DNA from: Klebsormidium nitens
Taxonomy: Eukaryota; Plantae; Klebsormidiophyceae
Reading direction: 5' to 3'
Length of the DNA: 64,000 bases
Assembly: GCA_000708835.1 (NCBI GenBank)
Contig: DF237274.1
Location: 38,781-102,780 of the forward strand
Shown here one piece after another: positions 1-12,959 of this stretch; positions within the stretch are counted from its first letter, which is position 1, and each line of letters starts with the position of its first letter. A program made the translations under genes and the position numbers. Under the pieces are notes generated by a model. It worked only from the letters and a program-made list of their open reading frames with translations, was not told the DNA's origin and made no database searches.

Positions 1-202
1 AGCGGTCCCCTATTGAAATGGTGTTAAGTAGACTCACTCGAACTTTCTAGTATAAGAAAACTACGACAGCAGCCACCAGGGCTGGGCTTTCAGACATAGT
101 AAATAATTCTGAAGGTGGTCATCTTTGAGCTTAATTGACAAGATGTCCCTTTTGATCTCCTCCAACAATGCAATTATGAATTGCCCCTTTCCTTTGACTC
201 AG

Positions 203-3200
203 GTTGTTGATCTCTCCCATTTCGGTCGACTACGAGGTGAGCCGATGGACTCTCTGGGTTTTCCTAGTTAAACTGCACCCGTTGAGAGTAAAGGGCAAAT
301 TGCTAGGCCTGCTTTGAAGGCCCTGGAATGGCTCGTTCATTGGGTGACTGTATTGGTATTACAATGGAGGCCAGAGTCTTACAGACTGCCACAATTTCGG
401 CTGGCATTGGCTCCCATGCGATCCTGTATATCAGGGTGTTTCCTTGACTAAATGAAGCCAACCGCCTGCAGTGTACGACGATGATCGGATACGTTTCCTG
501 CATAATCAGAGCACTGCGGACTTCAATCTTCTGAAACCTGGGCAGGTAGGATACTCAACAAATGAAACCTCCACTGGCATATTCCAACAAATTTGAAGAT
601 TGCTGAGCATCTTGCCCTGCTTATGAAATTGCATGTCCCCATAATCAGTTGACAATGCGGTGTCATCTGTGAGTTTGTGCTCTCACATTCGATCAGGGGG
701 TACGGTCTGCTTGATAGTTGAGAAAATGAGGAGGGATCTTGTCGTTAATTGTGAATTGGCAAGGCTTCGTTACCTGCTTACAGGGAGGAGACACCGTCTT
801 TGTGACCAACACAGCTAGAACGATTGACCTCGTGACGGCGTATATCAAGGTGGGGCTTTTTATCAGTCATTCTACGTTGTGACGACTTTGAAAGTACTTC
901 TGACCCGTCAAGCTGGTCACGTGCATTCACTTTCGTGCAAGTTTCGTATGTATGACTTCGAAAACGTTCCAGTCTTCTGTCTACTTCGTTTAAAGGTGGT
1001 AACAAGCCTGGTTGTATCTGCCGACGGTTAGAGTTTTGTTTTGCATCAAGATTCGAAAGGATACAATGCAAGTCGAAGCTGTGAAGATCACCACAGCTTG
1101 AACAAGCTTCTTGCAAGATCGTCGTAGACTTTCATGTTCGTGAGAACGTTGTTTCTCGTGCTGTGCAGGAAAGCTCCGTCCTCCTGGTAACCTCGCCCTC
1201 CCAACGGCGCGAGCTTCTTCCCTATTTGGACAAGTGAGTTTTCTGTCGTAATGTCCATTCGCGGCGAGTGGTACATCAACGGCTTGGGACGGCCCAGCCG
1301 TTACTCTGTTCCTTCCTGGGGTGAAAGGATGTTTGAAAGTTGCCACTGCGTTTCTCATTTTGCCGTTGTTGTGTGTAGTGGCACAAGCGTCCTTGAGAAA
1401 CCTCAATGACGCCCAATCTGCAACCAGCGCTCTCTCTATCTTGAGATTTGTCGGAAAGGAGAACGAGGAAGAGGAGAGGAATAAAATGGGGCGACTTTTG
1501 TATAAGGTCATCATTTGAGAGCTCGCAAGCCGGAAATCCGAAGTGATTCGCTAAGCCCGACAATGATGAGTCTCTCAATGTGGAGCGTCTTCGAGTTTCT
1601 ATTGCTACTTCAGCGCAAAATAAACCGACCCAGCCTTGCCTAAATTGCATGGGCGTTGTATCAACAAAGTCAGACATCTTAGGAGTAGGTGCAAAGTGCT
1701 TCGATGCAGTCAAAAGTACAGGCCTCGATCGGACGTCCGGCGTGCAGGTTCATCTTCTTTGCGGACAAGGTGAAGCTGCAGGACGTCACGGACCAGTGCT
1801 TCATGCTCGCGCTGGTCGGGCCGCAGAGCAGCCAGGTACGCAACCAGCGGTCCGGTGGTCAACCGGACATTCGGACGTTTCCCCAAGCTTTTGAAGCCTC
1901 TGACTCTGATTGTTCTGGTAGGCTATTTCCGGCTTTCACCGCCAAGCATGCTGCCAGGCATACCTACAGTTGCTCGAGGTTCTTATCTCGAATTCGACTT
2001 GAGTCTATCTTCAATAGGGTCCCTGATGCAGGTGTTGGAGGACCTGAGAGCCGGTGACCTGGTTGGCAAGCCGTACGGAACGCACGCTATGTTTGACGTG
2101 AGTCGCACTCAGCTCAATGGCAACGGAGGCAGCCTGTAAGGAGCAGAGATCAGCAATTGCGCATCGTGAGGCAGGAAAAGCAGATCTTCTGTTGCTGTTA
2201 TATGCCGAGTCGAATTGCTCGCCTTGGAACTTGAACGGCTTCTGCCGGATGTCGTCTCCACGTTTGAAGACGTTTCTCTGAGTCTCTCTGTCCATGTGGC
2301 CCACACTTCAACATACGTATGACCTTGTGAAGCTCGGTTCCCCTGTTCGATCAGGTCCCCCTTCAAAGGATTTGACATTGATCAGAAGAAGGTAGACTTA
2401 CGGCTCCGACGAGGACCAGAAATCTCATCCCGGGGGCTTACCTGCTCCGCCCCTACCCCGCCTAAATTCCCAACTAAGTCCCACCCGGCCCAGGGTGTTC
2501 ACCTTCTTACATCGTGGCTTATCGTCATCTGTCTTGAGAACGATCGTTCATCTCCCTTCCGCCCTGACCTTTTAAGCGCAAGTCTTTCTCGCCCGCAGTT
2601 CCAAGGCAGCCCTGTCATGATTGCGGTGGGCAGCGGCCTCGCGACGGACGGGTACACCGTGATCGCCGACGCCGCGGCGGCGGGGGACTTTTGGAAGACG
2701 CTCATGCAGCAGGGAGGGGTGCCCATGGGGGCGCGCGCGTGGGAGAGGCTGCGGATCTTGCAAGGTGCCGTGGCGTTCTGACGTTCGCTGTTGGCTCACA
2801 TATGTCGAACATACTGCTGTCTCACAGTAGTCGAACATAGATGTATGATGCGTGAATCATTCTGCGGCTGCTCGTGAAATCGATCTTGGAGACGCAACTG
2901 GCCTTTTAGATGAAGAGGAATGCGAGGCTGGCCAGCTGTCGGGGGCTTCGTGCAGCGGAAGCCCCCTGAACGTTCCATATGGTGCTCCCCGAAAGCCTGT
3001 CTCCGGCGCGTACTTTGGTGGACTAAGCATCCGAAAGGTGCATCGGCATGTCACCTACTGACCGAACCGTATGAGCACTTTCATAAAATCCCAGGCTAAT
3101 CAGGATTCAGAATTCGTTTCTTCAATCACGGAGGATTTGGGAAGTTCCATATTGCGAGTCCTGTGACGTCAGCAACGGTCGGAATGGCCCGGAAGAAGCT

Positions 3201-4257
3201 GACGTAGCCTCACTCTGTCGCAGGGCGGCCGGTGCCGGGGGCCGAGCTGACGCCGGACTACAACCCGCTGGAGGCCGGGCTCTGGAACACCATCTCGCTC
3301 ACAAAAGGTGCGTCCTCCCAACGGTCTAAGGAGGGGCGCAGACGCTCGAAACGCTCTACGAGTTTCCTAGTTCTCCTTGTATCGTGCTTCGCATCGTTTG
3401 CTGGTATTGCTCGTGCTTCCGCACCAGTCGAAGGAACGTCCGTAGCTTTGATCTCCGAGATGCCCTCAGATCCTCCGAAATAGCCGGTGAGGCCGTTCAG
3501 GTCTCAACAGATTTTGTGCCTTGTGATCTCGATGAGTTTTAGCACGCCCTTCGACCAAGTCTCAAGTACTGCTGAACGTGAAAGACGTCCATCGAACAAG
3601 CAATTTCCTAAGCGGTGAGCCGACTTTTAAATCACGTCCCGGGTACTTGCCCTTTTGTGCAGGCTGCTACATCGGCCAGGAGACCATCGCCCGGTTGATC
3701 ACGTACAACGGCGTCAAGCAGCACCTGTGGGGCATCCAGCTGAGCGAAGCCGTGGAGCCCGGCACGGTCATCACGCTCGACGACGCCAAGGTGACTCCGC
3801 CCGCTCCCTTTTCTCAAGCTTGCCGCCTCTGACTCTTATGAAGCGCGTTGAAGACGTTTGTTTTGGGAAACGACTCAAGCCTCATGGGCAGCCGAACACT
3901 ACAACATTGATTGCACAGTTCTTCAAAAAGGCCGTCCGTCTCCTTCGTCAACAGACTAGATTTGAGATCTGTAATTTTTTAGCTAAGCACTTCACGTCGA
4001 CCAATCCCCCGTCGGCTGCGAGAAAGAGGTGTGCCTCTTCTCGCTTGAACCGATCATCATCCGACAAGAACTGAATGCCCATGCATGCGGTACAGGTTGG
4101 CAAGGTGACGAGCGTCACAGAAACCGAGAGCGGGTTTTTTGCTTTGGGCTACATAAGGTCGAAGGTCTGCTCAGAGCCTGGGCTGACCGTGCACGTAGGA
4201 AATGCTGTTGGCAAGGTAGTTGAAATTCCTTTCGTGCGAAGAACACTTGACGCCTGA
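203..4257 (+). CDS. ygfZ: Plastid-type folate-binding Fe-S cluster assembly protein, YgfZ/COG0354 (GcvT-like) family; 5' exon(s) lie upstream of the window
   Basis: In-phase AG/GT exons 203-236, 472-545, 784-849, 1169-1233, 1748-1835, 2032-2097, 2599-2764, 3224-3307, 3663-3790, 4096-4257. They join to VVDLSHFGRLRVYDDDRIRFLHNQSTADF...GDTVFVTNTARTID...KFIFFADKV...NPLEAGLWNTISLTKGCYIGQETIARL, which includes the YgfZ signature KGCYxGQE. Confidence 0.93.
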
Positions 4258-5260
4258 AGCCTTTCATCGAGCGCGCTGCTAATCGGCTATGACCAGCACC
4301 GGGCCCCACGCCACTCCGGCATGTATCGCCAATGACGATCGTGCTCATTGATCTGGGTGTTTGTGTTGGAGGCATGTCATCCGATCATTCGTAGTCCGTT
4401 GGCTATTCGGGCTGTCTTTATGTACGTGCCACGCTGGCATAGATCGTATGTTGAATCTATGAGTTGGTGCGCATGCCGCCACGCCGATCATACCAATGCA
4501 TTCCTTTTAGCAAAGTTAGTAAGTCGATTCTTAAGTGCAGTTCTGAAATGATCACTCATCGCTGCGGTGCAAGTATCATCAACATATGTTCCACCGTGGC
4601 ACATGCATGCATGGAAACGGACGGTCCGATCACTGCATAGTTGATCACCTTGACTGTAGGTACGTGCATGATCATCCCACTTCATTCAAAATGCGCATTG
4701 CGTATAATCAAGCTCCATCGCTTCAAGCTCATGCATGTCGTCATGCCAATCATGCTTTAAAATGTGCACATTGAATGATGCCGCCTAGCTGCCAGGCGGC
4801 CAGTGTAGCTTTCATCGAACACGATAATTAAGGCAACTTGTTCTCCGCGCACCTTCATTTGATCCTTTTTCCTTCATGTCTAGCAAAATAGACTTCAAGC
4901 TATTGTGCACTTATCCTTACAGTCATCGTCGTTGTCATCGGGCTTCATGTCAAAATGTTTCTTCTGCACTTGAGCACGCACGAAAATAGAGTACAGGAGA
5001 CGAGCGTAGGCGCTAACGAGGACAGTGGACGTCTAGGGAGTACAACTTGAACTCCCCTTGGGAAGTGCATGCGGTTATAGGGAAGATGAGATCTCAGAAG
5101 CAACCTGCGCAAAGCAAAAGCAAAAGGTCAATCAACCAAGAGCGTCCTGCAAAGGGCTTTACACATCATGGAAAGCTGCTTTTTAATGGCCTCTTGACAT
5201 CAAAGTGCAGATCCGCATACGCCTCTTTAAGAAATCTTGGAAATTCTGCTAGACACAAGC

Positions 5261-8200
5261 TCAAAGCCGAAGTTCGTCAGCAACTTCGGGACGGCAAGCT
5301 GGGCTCCTCACCTGGCGTGCATCGCCTACGTGAATGCCACACTCCGTCTTTGCGGACCCGTCCTTGTTCGTCAAGCCCTGTCGTTACACCCCATCAATCA
5401 GGTCAGTGGCCGCATAGCAAAAGAGAAGCAGAAAAAAAGGGAAAAGAGCATAAGCACAGCTAAAGAAGATCGTCGAGCAAGTGCAGAGAGGGAGCTCGCG
5501 TTTGCGTCCGGACGCGTGTGCGGTCTTCAAAGAGACGAGGAAAGATGGAATTAGCAGAACCAAGAGATTCCTTACTGCCGTCTCTGTGCTGAAGAATCCG
5601 CGGAATCCGCAAGTAACACAACTCAAAGACCTCTCATTGCTCAAATCTGGGGTGCCTGTGTTCCCCAATATGCAGGCCGGTTTCGCAAATCAAGAGAGCG
5701 CCAATAGCCACATTGGTGTCAAACACCTAGATGCCACAATGCAGAAGAGTCTCGTTCTGTGACTGAGGCCTATTTAGAAGCGGCTGAGGCTTCGGCGGAC
5801 TTTGGGGCGTACCTGGAACCTGCCAGACCGCTCGCCTGCATACTCGAACCACTGCTCCCGAGGCACCTGCGCAGTCAAGCAGACGATTAATATCACACCA
5901 CAGAGATCGCTCTTGAATCCGTAAAGCGCACGTAACCCGGTGCCGCGATCTCTGTCCGCTGCACTTACAGCGGTTGCTATTATGCCACGGGATGACCGGC
6001 TGGTCTTCCTCAAGCTCACGCTCTTCACATTCATTCGTCGCCAGTCTCTCACAACCTTCTAAGCGTCCATCGCTCTGCGCCAGCTCGGCAGCGGTTCTCC
6101 CGACGAACTCGCCTCGCTGCAACCCGACAGCTGTTCTTTGGGGGAGACAAAGAGCCGCCCGGCAAAAGGGCGGACCACTCCCCGTGCGGTGGAAAGAACG
6201 ACCGCTACTCGCCGGGGGAGACAAAAAGCCGCCCGGGGAAGAGGGCGGGCCGCTCCATGCGCAATCAAAAGACAAAGAAGAGAAGAACTAGAGTAGGGAA
6301 ATGGTCGCGGCGGCTCACGGGCAGCGTGCTGTGGATGTCCCCCACGCTGGGGTAGCCCTGGTCGTGCAGCGGGTGGTACGCGAGGCTGTACTTTTTGATG
6401 TAGTCCCAGCAGTCGCGGAACTCCCAGTACGCCAGCGGGTTCACCTTCACCATGTCGCCGCCCTCAAACAGCTGCTCGCAGAACGGGAGGGCGTGGAAAC
6501 GGGTTAGCGAGATCTTCGTTAACACAAACAAAAGATAAAAGTCTCCTGTAACGGGGAAGTTTATATGGCCTCGCAGCTGGGGCAGGGGCACGGTGAGGGC
6601 ACACTTCAGCCAAGAGGAGTCTTGAAGACGGACTCGAACAGCCCTGCTTTCAAGGGCCGTGAAAGCGTTCAACACTTCGGAGCAAAAATTTGCGCAATGA
6701 GCCCCGAGCAAAGCGCATTGCAACAAATGGCACGACCACTTGTCGCTCAAACGGCTCTGGCACTTGGTCTTTGGTCAGGCTATCTGAATCCCTTGCCAAT
6801 CGGCAGTCACGGGCTCTTCGAGACCTTGTGTCCAACGAGGTCGGAGTGGCTTGACGCCTTCCTTTGCCTAGGAGGTTCCATCGTGCTGACAATCAGCAAC
6901 GTTTCAGAGTTTCCCTTTTCTTTTTGAACGTCATGCTTACAACTAACTTGTGAATAGAGGGATTGTGTCAGAGCGGCCCACCTCGATGTGCGCTCTCTCG
7001 GCCCCATGATCTCGCCGCCTGCCGTTGATCATGGCGTCCACCTGCGACCACGTGTCAGCTAGAAAGTTAGGCCACGAGTGGGGCGCTGTGACTTCTCAAC
7101 TTCCTTTCTGGAGAGTTTATAGAAGCATTCTGTTCTCTGAAGGGGGTTCTCAAGGAGAAATGTCGGATGAGAATACTCGCACAGCTTTTTTATGCCAGTG
7201 TCACGGGGTCAATAACCACAGCAGGGGATACTGGAAGTAAAGACGCATGGGTGTCCATCGGACGTCCTGATTTGCAGACCCTCATGACACACGACATACT
7301 TTCTGCGATACAGCGGCACATAACAGAAAAGGTGCTTGTCCGCTGTCCAAGTGCAACGGCGAGGTTTAAGTAGCTGTCTGCTGCAAGCCGACTTGCAAGG
7401 GGCACTCCGTCAGGGGAAAGGCAGGAGCTTCCTAGCCTAAACCGTAACAACTAAGTTTCTCAGGGGTACAGAGTTTCTCTCTGTCGATCCTGAGCATAGT
7501 CGCGTATGTGCACTTGCCTTGAGGGTCTTCAATGCTCGGCCGAAGGGCTCCACTTTGCAGATGCGATCGTACTCGTCGATGTCCTGCAAGTTGCAACACA
7601 TCATCCAAGTAGTGAGACAGCCCTCCCTAACTTCTCACACCGATGTCACATAGACGTTCAATGGCCTGATATTATCACAGTTGCGAGCAGAAAATGCTAG
7701 TGTGTTTGTCAGACTGTACCGAACTTTTGGCCGACGGACAAGCTCGTAGACAGGCATTGAGGGGTCAGAACGCCACCTACTATTCTGTTTCTCGGTTGAC
7801 ATTGCCACAGTGACCAGCACTTTCCCTTTCCTCAAGCTTGTCGCGTTTGATGCTCCCAAATGCAATGCTGTGAGTTGATGACCAGCCCGTGCGTCAGGGG
7901 CAGCCAAAACTTTGCACAATATCATTCGAGATGGTGGTGCGCCTGCTTCGCATGCTCGTACAAAAAGTTTTAAGTTTGTTTCAGTCAATTGCGCAACATC
8001 AACCCACGGTGAATGGGTTGTGTTGCCTGCTTTGACTCACCGTGAGATAAAGGTCGGGTCCGTGCACCTTGACATAGTCCGCCCGAGATGCAAAACCAGC
8101 AGCCTGGAACACCTCCGATTCGAAACCATACTTGTTCTGCAGAAGAGAAGGGGGATCCTCGTTTTACGATTCCTTCTTAACAGGAGCGAGTGTCAGAGAG

Positions 8201-9425
8201 ATTGGCCCTGCATCTTCTTAGAAGTGTCTGGTAAGAGGAGAGGGCAAAGTGTTGGGGGACATTCATGGCAGGGAAAGTAGCGCCAACAGTTTGAGACTTT
8301 TGACCAGATGATGTGCGTGGCATGAATGTTAATGCAGCTTCCTTTGCAGAACAATCGAGTAGACCTGCTACATGAGGAAAGAACACTGATTGATTGAGGC
8401 GTCTGGTGCTCAGCATGACTGCGAGCACCTGTAGTGCTGCTACAATCGCCGGGACTTGTATACTTCGAAGGACGTAATGCTACACCACTTCAGGATTGCA
8501 GAACTCGTGGCCAAAAAGTGCACAACTACTGCCACTGAAAGCCAAAACATTTTCAACATTGGGCTCTGGAACCGACGGCTTACCTCCAGCTGGCGCAAAA
8601 ATGTGTGCGTTTCCTCAAATAAGTGGAAGGTGTCTACGAAAATGACCTTGACAAGGCCCTTGCTGAACGCTCCTGACCGAGCAAGGAGGTCCAGAATGAC
8701 CTGAGAGAAGAAACTTTCGTTGGTATGAAATCAACAAAGCCATCCTAGTTAGTGCATGTGGCAGTTACAGTTCCACATTTGCATTATACCACATGATATC
8801 TGAAAGCTCTGGAAAGGTCTTACCACTTTACACTGACAATTGTGTGCTGTCCTCTTAGCATGCTAAGTTACAAACAGAAAGCCAGGTCGCAATAGCTGAC
8901 GGAGTCCAATAACAAAACACTTTAAGGAGCCCGCTTTGAACTAAGCACCGCAGTGGTATGACGGAAGATGCAGAGAGCACAAAAGCACGATGATTGCAAT
9001 GAGCTGACTCTACTTACCACATCTCCTGCGATGAGCGCACAAGGAAATGCTGGCCGCTCAAAGTCATAAAGTGCATGTTTCAATGTTTCTAGAGCTTGTT
9101 CTTCCAAATGCTCCAGCCTCTGAATCTTGCCCTTCTTGTTCCACTCGTCTACGTCTTTCGCAGTGACCTGCTTCTCCGTTTTCTCGGACACAGCTGCACG
9201 TGATACTGACCTTTTCCTACGCCCTGTGAGCTGCTCTTTACTGGGATATACCTGGCTAGATTGCAAACTAAAGCTAGGGCAAAGCGTCATACGAAGCGAA
9301 TTGATTAGTGGCATCATAGGCAGAACTGCAATGTGGCCACTCTGAGTTCCATGTGAGGAGGTATGGGGCAGAACGGAGGCAATGCTGCCAATCTGGGACC
9401 GACTCAGCAAGGAACACGTCGCCAT
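5261..9425 (-). CDS. APR-B: Plastid sulfonucleotide (APS/PAPS) reductase of the FeS-cluster-less APR-B / CysH type
   Basis: Exons 9425-9018, 8700-8584, 8136-8041, 7583-7518 (GC donor), 7041-6982, 6471-6319, 5866-5813, 5377-5261. Ser-rich transit-peptide-like N-terminus, then FPCALIAGDVVILDLL, VIFVDTFHLFEET, DRICKVEPF, INGRRRDHG, YHPLHDQGYPSVGD, GERSGRFQG and KTECGIH. The exact 3' end after ECGIHVGDARQ is uncertain because a GTGAGG donor is possible there. Confidence 0.9.
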
Positions 9426-10855
9426 TGGGCCGCCTGAAGACTTCACCTACCAGCTAGGGCAGGAAGCAGTGCGAAGCAGCCAGAGCTCTGTAGAGCAATT
9501 GCGGCGGATGGGGGTTGCGCAGAGAATGTGAGCGCATCTGCATCAGTCATGCCCAGCTTCGCTTTCACTTGCTGTGCGTAGGCGCAGTCAGCAAAGGTTT
9601 AAACGTGCGCTCGCTGCAAGGTGCATGCACGGGAGATTGAACTTTGAAGGGACGACGGCGACGGCTCCTGCAGGTTGACTTTCATGTCAACTTCGCGGGC
9701 CCGATTCTTCAATTGAAGCTGCCACCCGACGGAGAAAGCGGCTTCTGGTCGAATACCGCGGATCGACTCTGGAAGTTGCTCGACGTACCTGGTCGGATGT
9801 CGAACTTCCAATGCCAGGGTGTCCAACCACGTCACGTGCCCATCCTCGAACAGTGTGGGTACTGCATGGGAGCTTCTCTTTCGAGAAGCGGAGAGGCCGC
9901 TGGCTAGCCGAGCTGAGGCTATCTTCTCACAAACGTCTCCCATCCTCCCATGCTTGCTTCGATCCTGCACGATCCCCTTCACGCTCTCATCAAGTTTATG
10001 TGATAGAGGTGTATAAAGGGATGAGCCTGGACAAGTGTAGAGTATAAGATATAGCGACGACAAGAAATCAAGGCCCGTAGAAACAACCGAAGCGCCACCT
10101 CGTAATTAATTATCGACTACAACTATATAGTCCGGAGTGTGTTCAGCACGGGTGATAGCAACTCAACAGGGCCAGCATCCTACCAAGTCCTGCAGTCATG
10201 CTTCTACATCGATTCACCTCATTCAATTGTATACGTAATTAATATGATGCATATATGTTAAGTGCTGAAGTCTCTGCTGGCTCCCGTGAGCGCGTAAGTC
10301 GATCAATTCAGTAAGATGGTGTGTTAGTCTAGAGCTGTTCCTGATATTCGCCCGTTGACTTGACTAGATTGACTTCCTACAACGCATTCTTTCTGTGAAG
10401 GCCAATGGAACCGTATGCATGACTCAACAAAGATATTGTTTTCAAGGATCATCGAAGCAACTTTTGATATCTTGAATTAACTACGATGCAACCTGAAGGT
10501 TGCCGGAAGATTTACTTTTCGTGTATAGCACAATTGATTTGAACTCGCCGAGTCCCAAGTCGGAACAAAAAGACTGACAAACGGTTACAAAATCTAGAAG
10601 CAGCGACCACGAACATTCTCAACTTGCTTACTTTAAATCTTACGAGTAACTTTTCAAATATCATCGGTTAAGAGCACCTCAGATCTTGGTCGTGTCACCG
10701 ACTCAACGTTCCCTCGTTACAACCTCAGGCGTTTTGGCGTCGACCCTGCTCTTTGAGTCGAGTGATCGAGTACCCCTTCTGAATGTGATGCACAAAATCT
10801 CCCCTTCGTTTGATCCTTATTGTATCTGATTGGATGTCAGTTTTATACGCAGCTT

Positions 10856-12324
10856 CTATGTGTTTTGGGCAAACTTATGATGACACTTTGTACATTCGTA
10901 AAATACGGTCTGCCCCTCGTCCGCCGATCGAAGCTGCAACAACGGAGTACCTTTGTTGAGAGAAGTAATACTTGGCAGACGGACTAGAAATCGGAAATCT
11001 GCGCAGAAGTTCTAGCTCTTGTGCATATCATACTTTCTTCAATTCCGAGCTCTCGACCGCCAGCAGATTGTGACGAACACAAGCTGTGTGCACTAGGTGG
11101 TGCTTACCTGTAGCGTGTAGTACTCGAGCTCTCGATGGCCACAACTTGGACAATCTTCGTCGACCTGAGGCATGCCCAAACAAGTCAATTTTTTAGAGAC
11201 GGGTCGAACAGACATTTCACAACTCTGACTCGAAAGTCCACATAAAAAGACTGAGACATATGTTCAGACAAGTTTACCCTTCTCTTGTTTTAGATGAAAA
11301 GCAGCAGAACAGAGCACACACTGTCCATAAGCAGGCGGCGCAGCGTGGTTGCTAACTTACCGTTGCTCTTTGCCTGTCCCTCCCATCTTTTGATGGGGTT
11401 TCACTTCCTAGATTCCCATGCGTCGCCTTCACTAGAGGTTCAATTCCGTATCGCCGCCTGAAATCCTGCAGAGGCATTGTAAACTTACATGCCACTCATT
11501 GCTATCCATTGTTGAAGGTGGGGTTTCAGCCCAAGTTGCAATACTGTGTGGCAGCAATCTGGTATGTGTCTTCAACTTCCATAGAATCTGATGCAAGTAG
11601 ACAATTCACAGCTCCGCAAACTGCACTAGCCCCCTCATTTGGCGTAGCTCGGCAAACGAAGTTGAAATCTAGCAGTTGCTTCTGAAGTCCTAGGTTGATA
11701 TAAGGCTGGACTTACCTCCGGGGTGCTCCGAACTACCACCTCTATACTCTCCATATCTGGGCGTAAAGAAATCAGTATTTCAGATTCGGTCAGCGAGGCT
11801 CCTATTGCCCGCAGCGAAACGACTATTCCGAGAGCCCTTGAATAGTGCCATGGACATGCCCAATAAGCTAGAACTTTAGAAGTTTGACCACACATACGCT
11901 TCATTGTAAGTTGGCACCACTCGGCAATGTGATGATGAAAGGATTCAGTCTGCCATGCAGGTTGGGGCACTACTTATGCGTAAGCAATGGGGTGTCACCA
12001 GAATGCCACCAGTAGGATGCTTTTCAAGAACCCAAATTGTAAGGGCGTGAGACTCTATTGCCGCTGATTGAGTTCAGACAGATTGGACAATGCTGCCAGC
12101 ATAGACAACTTCGATTATCTACAGCATTGACGAACACGCAAATGTGAACAACCATAAGACATGGTCTTACCTTCCACACTCCTGTGAAAGTTACAAAGGG
12201 GGCAAGAAGCTGCAGACTTTGACTCTGGAAGATCTAACAAGCTCCCGCATTGGGGGCAGAATAGGACGGCATATGCTTCTTGCGGGGCGTGAGCTGGCCC
12301 GCCACTTCGTTGCAGAGCCATCAT
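10856..12324 (-). CDS. RPA12: RNA polymerase I subunit RPA12 (TFIIS-like two-zinc-ribbon protein)
   Basis: Exons 12324-12171, 11756-11716, 11465-11361, 11164-11108, 10933-10856, all in phase. N-terminal FCPQCGSLL...CPLC ribbon; C-terminal RQRATVDEDCPSCGHRELEYYTLQLRSADEGQTVFYECTKCHHKF with the QLRSADEGQT signature. Confidence 0.93.
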
Positions 12325-12959
12325 TGAATCCACCGCAAAGCTCGTCTCACTGCGAGAATGCACCGAGAGCTGCGGATAGTGAATCAAAGTCGGTGAGAGT
12401 TTCTTGAAGTGCTCAACCAGCTGCGTCGATTGCAGGGTGCGTATAGGGTTTTAACAATCTCAGTTGATTGATGTCAATACTAATAGCCAAAAGCGCCCCA
12501 GATTAGCTTATTAAATTGACATCAAATGCGCTTGCAACTGTTGACAGTGTCACTGTCAGTGTAGTGCAAGACATGCATGGCAGGATACCGTAGCTGTAAC
12601 AGCTGGGCTAGCGACCGTTACCATTCGGTAACAGTGACAGAGGTTCAAGAGAACGCCGACGCACGTGTTTCCGGGAGACGGTTGATCTGCATGCCGGCTG
12701 AATCGGTGAACTGTACGCGCGTGAAGTTGGCCTGTTCTTCGGGTGGTGCACAGGTGCCATGCATGACTCTAGTACTGAGCACACCCAGACTTCCGCCCGC
12801 CCGGCCAACAAAGTGCTCATGAACGCCTCATGAACGCAGTACTGCAGCGCAGAGCCTACAACAAGTTGTGCTCCTGGGGGGTTCAGCTGCAGTAGCAAGT
12901 CAGTACAGCCGTACTGCTGTACGTGCAACCTTGGCTGAGCTGAGGGGCCTGATACGTGT

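Noticed and set aside
778-1116. Cys/His-rich minus ORF resembling a retroelement zinc knuckle
   Set aside because: It lies across ygfZ exon 784-849 and its introns, the spacing does not fit CCHC, and no RT or integrase is nearby.
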